Below, piece after piece: positions 10,225 through 20,446 of a stretch of 64,000 nucleotides of DNA. Made by a program: the position numbers and the translations under genes. Positions within the stretch are counted from its first letter, which is position 1. Each line of letters begins with the position of its first letter. Source of the DNA: Terrimicrobiaceae bacterium. GTDB lineage: Bacteria; Verrucomicrobiota; Verrucomicrobiia; Chthoniobacterales; Terrimicrobiaceae. The notes beneath the pieces are model-generated. The model was not told the origin of the DNA. It worked only from the letters and a program-made list of their open reading frames with translations, and ran no database searches. The stretch lies in assembly GCA_044342325.1 (NCBI GenBank), contig JBIIPZ010000007.1:29738-93737 (forward strand). Direction: 5' to 3'.

Positions 10225-12426
10225 TCAACTCCGGCGCTTAAACGCCACTACCGATAGCGGCGGAATATCTATTTCAATTGAGTGGGGTTGGTCCTGCCAA
10301 CTCCAATGTTCATGGGCCTGAACACCACCATAGTTTCCGACATTGCTTCCGCCATAGATGTCGGCATCCGTATTTAATATTTCCTCATAGAAACCAGAGC
10401 GAGGAACTCCAACGCGGTAGCCTCCACGAACGACAGGCGTTGCATTCACCACAAAAAGAATGCTCTCGCCGGTGCGTGATTTTCTCATGAACGACCACAC
10501 CGAGTTGTCGGCATCCCGGAAATCGATCCACTCGAAGCCGTCGTAGCTGTCATCCAACTCGTAGAAGGATGGCTCGTGAGTGTAGAGCCAGTTCAGATGC
10601 TGCATGAGCTTGCTGAGGCCTTTGTGCGAGTGCTGCTCGGTGAGATGCCAGTCAAGGCTGAAGGCGTGTTTCCACTCCGAAAATTGGCCGAACTCGATTC
10701 CTTGGAAGATGAGTTTTTTTCCAGGGTGCGCCCACATCCAGGCGAGGAACATCCGGCAGTTGGCAAACTTCTGCCAGTCGTCGCCGGGCATTTTATTGAT
10801 GAGCGATCCCTTGCCGTGAACGACTTCGTCGTGGCTGAGAACCAGGATGAAATGCTCTTGGAAAGCATACAGCATGGAAAAAGTGATCTCTCCCTGGTGA
10901 TACCGGCGGTGGATGGGATCCTTGCTGATGTAGCGCAGGCTGTCGTTCATCCAGCCCATGTTCCATTTGAAGCCAAATCCCAAGCCGCCCGCGTAGGTGG
11001 GGCGTGACACGCTGGGCCATGCGGTGGATTCCTCCGCGATGAGGGCCACACCGGGATGGCGCTCGTAGCAGACCTCATTGCATCGCTTTAAAAAGTCGAT
11101 GGCTTCGAGATTTTCTCTGCCGCCGAAGCAGTTCGGAATCCACTCCCCTTGTTTGCGGGAGTAGTCCAAGTAAAGCATAGAAGCCACGGCATCCACGCGC
11201 AGGCCGTCCACATGGTATTCCTCCAACCAAAAAAGCGCGTTGCCGATGAGGAAGTTTTTCACCTCGTTGCGGCCGTAGTTGAAGATGAGCGTGCCCCAGT
11301 CTTGATGCTCTCCCAAGCGGGGATCCTCGTGCTCGTAGAGGAAGCTTCCATCGTAGCGGGCGAGGCCGTGGGCATCTTTGGGGAAGTGTCCCGGCACCCA
11401 GTCCAGAATCACTCCGATTCCTGCTTGGTGGCAGCGGTCCACAAAATTCCTGAACTCGTCGGGATTTCCAAAACGGCTCGTCGGCGCGTAGTAGTTCACC
11501 ACTTGGTATCCCCAGGATCCATCGAAGGGATGCTCCATCACGGGCATGAGTTCGATGTGCGTGAACCCCATTTCCTTCACATAGGGGATGAGACGGTCTC
11601 CGAGTTCGCGATAGCTCAGCGGGCGGTTGCCCTCCTCGGGGATCCGTTGCCATGAGCCGATGTGGACCTCGTAAATGCTCATCGGCGCGTTGTAGGAATC
11701 GACCTGCGGGCGTTTCCGCATCCACTCTTCATCACCCCACTGGTAGCGGCCAAGATCGAAAACCATGCAACCGGTTTCTACGCCGTGCTGGGCGAAAAAT
11801 GCATATGGATCGGTCTTTAAAAAGACATCGCCGTGCTGGCTGCGGATTTCAAATTTGTAATGCGCGCCCTCATGCACGCCGGGGAGAAAAATTTCCCAGA
11901 CGCCGGATGGCAGAAGCTTCCTCATTTGGTGGACACGCCCATCCCAGTTGTTGAAATCGCCCACAACACTGACGCGCTGCGCGGAAGGGGCCCACACGGC
12001 GAAATGAACGCCCGGCACATCACCTATGACTTTCACATGTGCGCCCAGTTTTTTGTGAATGTCGTAATGCGTGCCCTCGTTGAAGAGATAAATGTCCACT
12101 TCGCCCAGCACTGCAGGAAATGCGTAGGCATCCCTCTGTCGCCATTTCACTCCTTCGTGACTGGTTAACTCGATGGTGTAGGGCATTCCTTCGCTGAAGC
12201 CAGTGATCTCTCCTTCGAAAAGACCATGCTCATCCAAGCGGGTGAGCGTTTGCGGTTTCGCCCCCTTGCCATCGAGAATCACTGTCGCTTCCGCCGCATC
12301 CGGTCTCAAAATCCGGGCTACAAATTTTCCATCGCAAGACCTTATGCCAAGGATGCGAAATGGATCGCAGTGGCGGGCTTCAATCAGCGGATAGTAATCT
12401 TCAGCATTGAGGCGGGAAGGAATCAT
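10225..12426 (-). CDS. glgB: 1,4-alpha-glucan branching enzyme
   Basis: FAVWAP, YEVHIGSW, EHPFDGSWGYQ, DGLRVDAVASM, IAEEST, LSHDEVVHGK. Confidence 0.97.
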   Translation of the reverse strand: MIPSRLNAEDYYPLIEARHCDPFRILGIRSCDGKFVARILRPDAAEATVILDGKGAKPQTLTRLDEHGLFEGEITGFSEGMPYTIELTSHEGVKWRQRDAYAFPAVLGEVDIYLFNEGTHYDIHKKLGAHVKVIGDVPGVHFAVWAPSAQRVSVVGDFNNWDGRVHQMRKLLPSGVWEIFLPGVHEGAHYKFEIRSQHGDVFLKTDPYAFFAQHGVETGCMVFDLGRYQWGDEEWMRKRPQVDSYNAPMSIYEVHIGSWQRIPEEGNRPLSYRELGDRLIPYVKEMGFTHIELMPVMEHPFDGSWGYQVVNYYAPTSRFGNPDEFRNFVDRCHQAGIGVILDWVPGHFPKDAHGLARYDGSFLYEHEDPRLGEHQDWGTLIFNYGRNEVKNFLIGNALFWLEEYHVDGLRVDAVASMLYLDYSRKQGEWIPNCFGGRENLEAIDFLKRCNEVCYERHPGVALIAEESTAWPSVSRPTYAGGLGFGFKWNMGWMNDSLRYISKDPIHRRYHQGEITFSMLYAFQEHFILVLSHDEVVHGKGSLINKMPGDDWQKFANCRMFLAWMWAHPGKKLIFQGIEFGQFSEWKHAFSLDWHLTEQHSHKGLSKLMQHLNWLYTHEPSFYELDDSYDGFEWIDFRDADNSVWSFMRKSRTGESILFVVNATPVVRGGYRVGVPRSGFYEEILNTDADIYGGSNVGNYGGVQAHEHWSWQDQPHSIEIDIPPLSVVAFKRRS

Positions 12427-12540
12427 CCGCGCAGGATAGGAAGGTTATGGCGTAGTGAACAGAATTTCCTGCGCCACAGATCCGGGGTATTCACCTTAGG
12501 GCTTGAACCGGTCACTCCGGTCATGATTTAAGAGAGGTGT

Positions 12541-12711
12541 ATGAAAGCACTCGCCCTTCTTATCCTTGTTTCCTGCTTTTTTGTTCTCGGATGCTCTGGC
12601 CCCGGCGGCCCTGCCCAACGCGCCGGTGCGGCCGTGGATAACGCCGTTTACAAGGTCGGCGAGGGAATCAGCACTGTTGGTCAAAAAATCGAGGGATCTT
12701 CGAAGCCGTGA
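12541..12711 (+). CDS. Small lipoprotein, 56 aa (below ORF-track cutoff)
   Basis: MKALALLILVSCFFVLG-CSGPGGPAQRAGAAVDNAVYKVGEGISTVGQKIEGSSKP; lipobox VLGC; GAGAGG upstream; stop overlaps the next start (GTGA). Confidence 0.75.
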   Translation: MKALALLILVSCFFVLGCSGPGGPAQRAGAAVDNAVYKVGEGISTVGQKIEGSSKP

Positions 12712-13511
12712 GTTTTTCCACGGCGGCGAGGTGGTTCGTTCTTGCCTCGCTGATGGCGCTCTCAGCCTGCATCTTTTCGGCCTGCGGGAGTCGTGATGCC
12801 AACACGCTCGTGGTGGGAATGGATTTGTCGTATCCGCCCTTTGAAACAATCGGGCCGTCTGGCAAACCCGAGGGCATCAGCGTGGATATCGCCGAGGCGC
12901 TCGGGAAGTTCCTTGGGAAGTCGGTGCGTATTGAAAACATCCCGTTCACTGGACTCATTCCCTCGCTCAAAACCGATAAGATCGACTGCATCATTTCATC
13001 GATGACCGATACGGCGGAGCGCCGAGCATCCATCGCTTTCTCGGAGCCCTACCTCTCGACGGGGCTCGCCCTTTTGGTCTCGCGTGAGAGTCCGATCCAA
13101 TCCCAGCAGGATCTCGATCAGGCTGGAAAAACTCTGGCCGTTCGCCAAGGCACGACAGGCGAGGTCTGGGCGAGGGCGAATATCAAAAATGCCAATATCC
13201 TCGCCCTTGAAAAAGAGTCCGCAGCCGTTCTCGAGGTGATCCAAGGCCGCGCGGACGCTTTTCTTTACGACCAGATGAGCATTTGGAAAAATGCCCAGGA
13301 GCATCCGAACAAAACCCACGCTCTTCTGAATCCGCTCCAAAAGGAAAACTGGGCGGTTGCCCTGCGCCACGACGACACGCAACTCCGCGACCAAATCAAT
13401 GCCTTCCTCAAGTCATTCCGCGCACAAGGCGGCTTCGAAGCTCTTGGTGACAAATATCTCGGCGATCAGAAATCAGCCTTCAAGGAGCAGGGGATTCCTT
13501 TCTACTTCTGA
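12708..13511 (+). CDS. Amino-acid ABC transporter substrate-binding lipoprotein (family 3)
   Basis: FSAC lipobox; LVVGMDLSYPPFE, GISVDIAEALG, SSMTDTAERR..IAFSEPY. Confidence 0.9.
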   Translation: MSFSTAARWFVLASLMALSACIFSACGSRDANTLVVGMDLSYPPFETIGPSGKPEGISVDIAEALGKFLGKSVRIENIPFTGLIPSLKTDKIDCIISSMTDTAERRASIAFSEPYLSTGLALLVSRESPIQSQQDLDQAGKTLAVRQGTTGEVWARANIKNANILALEKESAAVLEVIQGRADAFLYDQMSIWKNAQEHPNKTHALLNPLQKENWAVALRHDDTQLRDQINAFLKSFRAQGGFEALGDKYLGDQKSAFKEQGIPFYF

Positions 13512-13537
13512 ACCCGCTGCTTTTTTTTGCGTCCTGA

Positions 13538-14920
13538 CTAAAGACGCTCGAGCAGCTTTTGGTGTATCCCGTCGAATCCGCCATTGCTGAAGACCACGAC
13601 GATGTCGCCGGATTTCACAAGCGGCTTCAGGCGCTCAATAATCGCGTCGGCGGTCGGTTCGTAGTAGGCGGGCCTGCCAGAGGCGGCAATATCCGAGACC
13701 ACGCGCTCGGGGTTCAAACGCTCGTTTTCGGGCAGTTGGTCGAGGCGGGCGATTTGGGAAATGAAGGCACCATCCGCATCGGCGAAGGCTTTGGGCAGAT
13801 CCTCCTGAAATACCGCCCGGCGTGTGGTGTTCGAGCGTGGTTCGAAAAGCGCCCAGAGTCGCGCATTGCCGAATTTCTTGCGCAGGCCGGCCAGTGTTTC
13901 GCGGATGGCCGTCGGGTGATGTCCAAAATCATCGATGATCGTGATCCCGTTCACTGTGCCCCGCACTTCTTGGCGGCGGCGTATGCCTTGGAACGAGGCT
14001 AAGGCGGCGCGAATCTTGTCGGCGGAGATGCCGTAGTAGTGGGCAGCCGAGGCCGCCATCGCGGCGTTGCGGATGTTGAAATCACCGGAGAGCGGGATGA
14101 AAAAAGTCTCGCCGAAAAGCTCGAAGCTGGAGCCTTCTGGCTTGTGGACGACATGCCGAATCTGGTTGCCGCAATTCGGCGAGAAGCCGACCTCCACAAC
14201 CGGCGCCGGACATTTTTGAGCGGCATCGATGCAATTGGGATCATCACCGTTGAGCAGAACCATGCCTTCGGATGGCACGATATTCAGCAAGCGGCGGAAG
14301 CTGGTCTTGATCTCATCCAGGTCGCGGTAGATGTCCGCATGGTCGAACTCGATGTTGTTCACGATGACGAGTTCGGGCAGGTAGTGGACGAATTTGGACC
14401 GCTTGTCGAAGAAGGCTGTGTCGTATTCGTCGCCTTCGATGATGAAATACTTCGAGTCCCGCAGACAGGCCCCCTGACCGAGATTCGAGGGAATGCCACC
14501 GATGAGGTAGCCGGGTTCGAGTCCAGCGGATTCAAAAATCCATGCCAGAATCGAGGTGGTCGTGGTTTTGCCATGTGTGCCAGTCACAACCAGATTGTGG
14601 CGACCGCGTAGAACGAAATGACGCAGCGTCTCGGGCATCGAGAGATACAGCAACTTGCTGTTCAAAACGGCCTCCACGGCAGGGTTGCCGCGCGACATGG
14701 CATTTCCGATCACGATCAAATCCGCCGCCGGGATGTCATCTGGCTGGAAACCTTTTGTGATGGCAACTCCCTTGGACTCCAGAAAAGTGGACATCGGCGG
14801 ATAGACATTGTCATCCTGGCCGGTGACCTTGAAGCCCTTGTCTTTCATCGCGGCCGCGACGGATCCCATCGCTGTGCCGCAAATGCCCAGAAAGTGCACA
14901 TGCTGCGGGGTGTCGTTCAT
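13538..14920 (-). CDS. mpl: UDP-MurNAc:tripeptide ligase (murein peptide ligase)
   Basis: HFLGICGTAMG, VYPPMSTFL, GTHGKTTT, IEGDEYDTAFFDKRSKF, DDFGHHPTAI, FEPRSNT. Confidence 0.93.
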   Translation of the reverse strand: MNDTPQHVHFLGICGTAMGSVAAAMKDKGFKVTGQDDNVYPPMSTFLESKGVAITKGFQPDDIPAADLIVIGNAMSRGNPAVEAVLNSKLLYLSMPETLRHFVLRGRHNLVVTGTHGKTTTTSILAWIFESAGLEPGYLIGGIPSNLGQGACLRDSKYFIIEGDEYDTAFFDKRSKFVHYLPELVIVNNIEFDHADIYRDLDEIKTSFRRLLNIVPSEGMVLLNGDDPNCIDAAQKCPAPVVEVGFSPNCGNQIRHVVHKPEGSSFELFGETFFIPLSGDFNIRNAAMAASAAHYYGISADKIRAALASFQGIRRRQEVRGTVNGITIIDDFGHHPTAIRETLAGLRKKFGNARLWALFEPRSNTTRRAVFQEDLPKAFADADGAFISQIARLDQLPENERLNPERVVSDIAASGRPAYYEPTADAIIERLKPLVKSGDIVVVFSNGGFDGIHQKLLERL

Positions 14921-15057
14921 TTTTGAGATGGAGAGTCTGATTTCGAAGAGGGCGTGCGAAAACGCATGAGAAGGACGATTTTTAGAACCATCACTGCGAC
15001 GCCGCCGAGGATGATCGGCAGCGTCCACCGCTTGGCGCGGGATGGATTAATAAACAT
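14917..15057 (-). CDS. Putative 46-aa single-pass membrane protein (not in ORF track)
   Basis: MFINPSRAKRWTLPIILGGVAVMVLKIVLLMRFRTPSSKSDSPSQK; starts in the last codons of the upstream gene and its TGA overlaps the mpl ATG. Confidence 0.5.
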   Translation of the reverse strand: MFINPSRAKRWTLPIILGGVAVMVLKIVLLMRFRTPSSKSDSPSQK

Positions 15058-16195
15058 CCTTTCTGTAGCGCTTCTCTTTTTTGAGAGCGTCCACATATTC
15101 CTTCGCTTGCTCGGTCGTCATGTTGCCATGGCGCTCGGCGATGGTGTGGAGAGCGGCATCGACATCTTTGGCCATGTTCTTCGCATCGCCGCAGACATAG
15201 AAATAACCGCCCTTTTGAAGCCAGTCATAGAGCTCCGCGCCGTGCTCTAGCATGCGGTGCTGCACATAGATTTTTTCGGCCTGGTCGCGTGAGAAGGCTG
15301 TGGTGAGCTTCGTCAAAACGCCCGAAGCGTGGGCGGCTTCGAATTCGTCCTGATAGAGGTAATCTGTGGAAGCCTTTTGATCGCCGAAGAAGACCCAGTT
15401 TGGTCCCTTGGCTCCTGTGGCCTTGCGCTCCTGAAGAAAGGCGCGGAAGGGAGCGATGCCTGTGCCTGGGCCGACCATGATCACGGGAGCGTCTGAGTTT
15501 TCAGGCACGCGGAAATGTTTCGCCGTATGCACGAAGACAGGGACAGAGCCCGAGTCCACGCGCTCCGCGAGGTAGCTGGAGCAAACGCCCTCGCGGTCGC
15601 GCTGGCTGTGCTCCACTTTGTAGCGGACGACAGCGACTGTGAGGTGAACGGATTCGCCAACGGCACGCTGAGAGGAGGCGATGGAGTAAAGGCGGGGCTG
15701 GAGCTTGCGAAGGACTTTCACAAATTCCTCGGGAGTGAAGCTGGCGGCGGTGAACTCTTGAAGCACATCCAGAACATCACGGCCCCATAGGAAATTTTCC
15801 AACGCAGCTTTTTCCTCGGGTAGGAAGAGGTTGGCGAGAAAAGCTCCCGAGCTGTCCTTTTCGGCGACGGCCAAAAGAAGCTGCTTGGAAGGCTCCGTAA
15901 GGATGTAGCTCTTAGTGAGGGCCTCGCGCAGTGAGGCGGGAGCGCCGTCTGCCGTGGTGACCTGCTCTTCGCCCGAAAAACCTAGTTCCTTGAGGACGAG
16001 TTCCACGAGAGCGGGGTTGTTCGATGCAAAGACTCCCAGCGAGTCGCCGACTTCATAGGCGAGTCCCGAGCCTTCGAGCGAGATTTCAAAATGGCGTGTA
16101 TCCTTGTTCGACCCTTCGCCCGTCAGTTTGCGATTTACAGACAGCTTGGCCGGAAAGGGGTTCTTGCGTGAGTAACCGGATTCCGTTGATGACAT
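15047..16195 (-). CDS. CysJ-like flavoprotein (FAD/NADPH module only, no flavodoxin domain)
   Basis: YSRKNPFPA, PRLYSIASS, GVCSSYL, MVGPGTGIAPFRAF, YVCGDAKNMAKDV, RYRKDVY; no N-terminal FMN domain. Confidence 0.88.
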   Translation of the reverse strand: MSSTESGYSRKNPFPAKLSVNRKLTGEGSNKDTRHFEISLEGSGLAYEVGDSLGVFASNNPALVELVLKELGFSGEEQVTTADGAPASLREALTKSYILTEPSKQLLLAVAEKDSSGAFLANLFLPEEKAALENFLWGRDVLDVLQEFTAASFTPEEFVKVLRKLQPRLYSIASSQRAVGESVHLTVAVVRYKVEHSQRDREGVCSSYLAERVDSGSVPVFVHTAKHFRVPENSDAPVIMVGPGTGIAPFRAFLQERKATGAKGPNWVFFGDQKASTDYLYQDEFEAAHASGVLTKLTTAFSRDQAEKIYVQHRMLEHGAELYDWLQKGGYFYVCGDAKNMAKDVDAALHTIAERHGNMTTEQAKEYVDALKKEKRYRKDVY

Positions 16196-16251
16196 AGATT
16201 GTTGATTAAAGGGATGTGGTGCTATTGGTGCAAGTGTGATTCGGTCTTGGT

Positions 16252-17478
<1,227 letters not shown>

Positions 17479-17556
17479 ACGGGCGCGGAGTCTGCTCGAA
17501 AGAACAAGCTTTCGCAATCCTAGCGAACAGGAATCTTAACCTGAATAAAAAGGGGG

Positions 17557-17646
17557 TGGCGGAAGGGGCGGGATTCGAACCCGCGGTAGGTTTCCCTACG
17601 TTCGATTTCGAGTCGAGTGCCTTAAACCGGACTCAGCCACCCTTCC
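17557..17646 (-). tRNA. tRNA-Ser (CGA)
   Basis: Reverse complement GGAAGGG...CT-CGA-AA...long variable arm GTAGG-GAAA-CCTAC...GGTTCGAATCC...CCCTTCC-G-CCA; 90 nt with encoded CCA. Confidence 0.95.
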
Positions 17647-17819
17647 GTGAAGGAGTCGAAACAAGCGCTTCAACTACTACAAAGTCGTAAATACGCCCAG
17701 GGTGTTCGCGCCGCAAGGAAAAACCCGAGGTCAAAATTTAACCTGGCCTTGCGAATCTTCCGATGTGCGCCGTGTTTTTGCTTGGACGCATCCCGTCGAA
17801 AATCTAAACCTTCCCGCTC

Positions 17820-18803
17820 ATGAAAACTCCCATTCGCGTTGCCGTGACCGGTGCTGCCGGTCAGATCTCCTATTCTCTTCTTCCCCGCATTGCTTCCGGT
17901 GCCATGTTTGGCGCTGATCAACCAGTGATCCTGCAACTGTTGGAGGTTCCCGTGGAAAAAGCCATGATAGCCCTCGAAGGCGTGGCCATGGAGTTGGATG
18001 ATTGCGCGTTTCCTCTTCTGGCGGGAATGGTCCTCACCGACGACGCCAAGGTGGCTTTCAAGGATGCCAACTGGAGTCTCCTCGTGGGTGCCAAGCCTCG
18101 CGGGCCCGGTATGGAGCGCGCCGATCTGCTCAAGGACAACGGCAAAATCTTCACCACCCAAGGCCAGATCATCGATGAGGTCTCAGCCGAGAATGCCCGT
18201 GTCGCAGTTGTTGGAAATCCTGCCAACACAAACGCCATGATCGCCGCCAGCAAGGCCCGCCGCCTCACGCCAGATCGCTTCACAGCGATGGTGCGCCTCG
18301 ATCAGAACCGCGCCCAGACCATGCTTGCCAAAAAAGCAGGCGTCGCCACCACCGATGTGAGCGAGATTTTCATTTTTGGAAACCACAGCCCGACGATGTT
18401 TCCTGCTTTTGGCCATGCCAAGATCGCCGGTAAACCCGCCGAGTCAGTCATCACAGACCGTGCCTGGCTCGAAGGAGAATTCTGCGAAAAAGTCGGCAAG
18501 CGCGGAGCTGCGATCATCGCCGCCCGTGGGGCTTCATCTGCCGCCTCGGCAGCAAATGCCCTCGTGGACCACGTCCGCTCGCTCGTTACTCCGGGGCAAA
18601 TCCACTCCATCGCCATCAAATCCGAGGGCCACTACGGCTTCGACGCCAATGTCTGGGCTGGAATGCCTGTGAAAACGACGACGCCCGGCGCCTATGAGGT
18701 TGTGACCGGCATCCCGTTGGATGAATTCGCAAAATCCAAGATCGCCGCAACCAACAAGGAACTCGCCGAAGAGCGCGCCATGGTTGCCGAGATGCTCGGA
18801 TAG
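17820..18803 (+). CDS. mdh: Malate dehydrogenase
   Basis: [60 protein letters not shown]. Confidence 0.96.
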   Translation: MKTPIRVAVTGAAGQISYSLLPRIASGAMFGADQPVILQLLEVPVEKAMIALEGVAMELDDCAFPLLAGMVLTDDAKVAFKDANWSLLVGAKPRGPGMERADLLKDNGKIFTTQGQIIDEVSAENARVAVVGNPANTNAMIAASKARRLTPDRFTAMVRLDQNRAQTMLAKKAGVATTDVSEIFIFGNHSPTMFPAFGHAKIAGKPAESVITDRAWLEGEFCEKVGKRGAAIIAARGASSAASAANALVDHVRSLVTPGQIHSIAIKSEGHYGFDANVWAGMPVKTTTPGAYEVVTGIPLDEFAKSKIAATNKELAEERAMVAEMLG

Positions 18804-18836
18804 GGCGGGTAAACTCCCCCTCGCACTTTGGGGAAA

Positions 18837-18866
18837 CGGATGCATCTTCTTAAAGAAATGCATCCG
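18837..18866. other. Inverted repeat between mdh and the ClpX paralogue
   Basis: CGGATGCAT-C-TTCT-TAA-AGAA-ATGCATCCG; no clear U-tract on the + strand. Confidence 0.55.
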
Positions 18867-18883
18867 AAACCTCCGATTCCCTT

Positions 18884-20446
18884 ATGAGTGACCCAATTCT
18901 TCCCACTGCAGAGCAAATGCAGCGCCGACTGCAGGAGCTTTTGCGCGCTTCATTTTCGGCCCCTGCTCCGTCTTCAAGCGAGCCAGTGGCGCCAGTTCAA
19001 AATCCAGAAACGGTTCCTCAATCGATCCTGGATTTTCACCTCACGCCGAAAGATATCAAAAAGCACCTCGACCGCTTTGTCATTCGTCAGGACGAAGCTA
19101 AGAAGGTCCTCGGTATCGCTGTCTGCGACCATTACAACAATGCCCGCGTGATGGCTTCCCGAGAAGCCGACGCACCGCCTCTCGAGTATTCCAAACAAAA
19201 TGTCCTCCTTGCCGGCCCGACAGGCGTTGGAAAAACCTACCTCGTCAAGCATGTCGCCGAGCTCGTCGGCGTTCCGTTTGTCAAAGCTGATGCCACAAAA
19301 TTCAGCGAAACCGGCTATGTCGGCGGTGATGTGGATGATCTTGTTCGCGAACTTGTCCAGAAGGCCGATGGCAACATCTCGCTCGCGCAGTATGGCATCA
19401 TCTACATCGACGAAATCGATAAAATTGCCACGCCCTCGGATGTCAGCGGTCGAGATGTCAGTGGACGCGGCGTGCAGACCACTTTGCTCAAGCTCATGGA
19501 GGAGACGGATGTTTCTCTGCGCGGTGGGAATGATCTCCAATCCCAGATTCAGGCTGCCATGGAGTTCCAAAAGCGCGGCAAGGTCAGTAAGGAAACCCTC
19601 AACACGCGGCATATCCTCTTTATTGTCTCCGGCGCCTTCGACAAGTTGGGTAACATCGTCACGCGGCGATTAAAAAAATCCGCCATGGGCTTCGGCGCAC
19701 CGCCCTCTCCATCGGCGAGCGAATCCGATGAATTGCTCCGCCTCGCGGGAACGAGGGATTTCGTGGATTACGGACTCGAGCCTGAATTCATCGGACGCCT
19801 GCCCGTTCGGGTCGTGTGCGACAGCCTCGGCGAGCAGGACCTTTTCAACATTCTGCAGAAATCAGAAGGCAGCCTCATCCGCCAGTATGAGCGAGCCTTT
19901 GCGGCCTATGGAATAGAGGCCGTTTACTCCACGGATGCCCTTCGGTATATTGCTTCTTTGGCCGCTCAGGAGAGCACGGGTGCGCGTGGCCTCATGACTG
20001 TTTGCGAGCGCCTCATGCGCGACTTCAAATATGAACTCCCCGGCGCTCGTGTGCGCTCGCTTGAGATCACTCCTGCTGTCTTTGAAAACCCTGCCTCCAG
20101 TATCCAAGCCCTCCTCAAACTCGGCGAGGAGGAGGCCCGCCACACACAGCGCCTCGTCATCGAGCAGTTCGCCGAGCGCTTTGGCGGGCAGCATGGCTTC
20201 GTCCTTCGCTTCGATCCAGCGGCCATTGATGCCATCCTGCGCATGGCTTTCGAAAAAAACATTCCCGCTCGCGACTTGTGCGAAAGCCTCTTTAAGGATT
20301 ATCAATTTGGCCTTGGGCTGATCTCTCGGAACAGCGGCCAGTCGGAGTTTGTCATTCCCGTCGATGCGGTGGCGGCTCCAGACCGCGTGCTGAGCCAGTG
20401 GGTCGTCGCCTCATACCGCACCAAAGAAGAAAATGAGAAACCTTAA
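18884..20446 (+). CDS. ClpX-like AAA+ ATPase paralogue (no Zn finger, extended C-terminus)
   Basis: [65 protein letters not shown]. Confidence 0.88.
   Translation: MSDPILPTAEQMQRRLQELLRASFSAPAPSSSEPVAPVQNPETVPQSILDFHLTPKDIKKHLDRFVIRQDEAKKVLGIAVCDHYNNARVMASREADAPPLEYSKQNVLLAGPTGVGKTYLVKHVAELVGVPFVKADATKFSETGYVGGDVDDLVRELVQKADGNISLAQYGIIYIDEIDKIATPSDVSGRDVSGRGVQTTLLKLMEETDVSLRGGNDLQSQIQAAMEFQKRGKVSKETLNTRHILFIVSGAFDKLGNIVTRRLKKSAMGFGAPPSPSASESDELLRLAGTRDFVDYGLEPEFIGRLPVRVVCDSLGEQDLFNILQKSEGSLIRQYERAFAAYGIEAVYSTDALRYIASLAAQESTGARGLMTVCERLMRDFKYELPGARVRSLEITPAVFENPASSIQALLKLGEEEARHTQRLVIEQFAERFGGQHGFVLRFDPAAIDAILRMAFEKNIPARDLCESLFKDYQFGLGLISRNSGQSEFVIPVDAVAAPDRVLSQWVVASYRTKEENEKP

Noticed and set aside
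17557..17646. tRNA-Ser as an integration site for an island
   Set aside because: Flanked by argG and mdh; no integrase and no duplicated tRNA 3' end seen.
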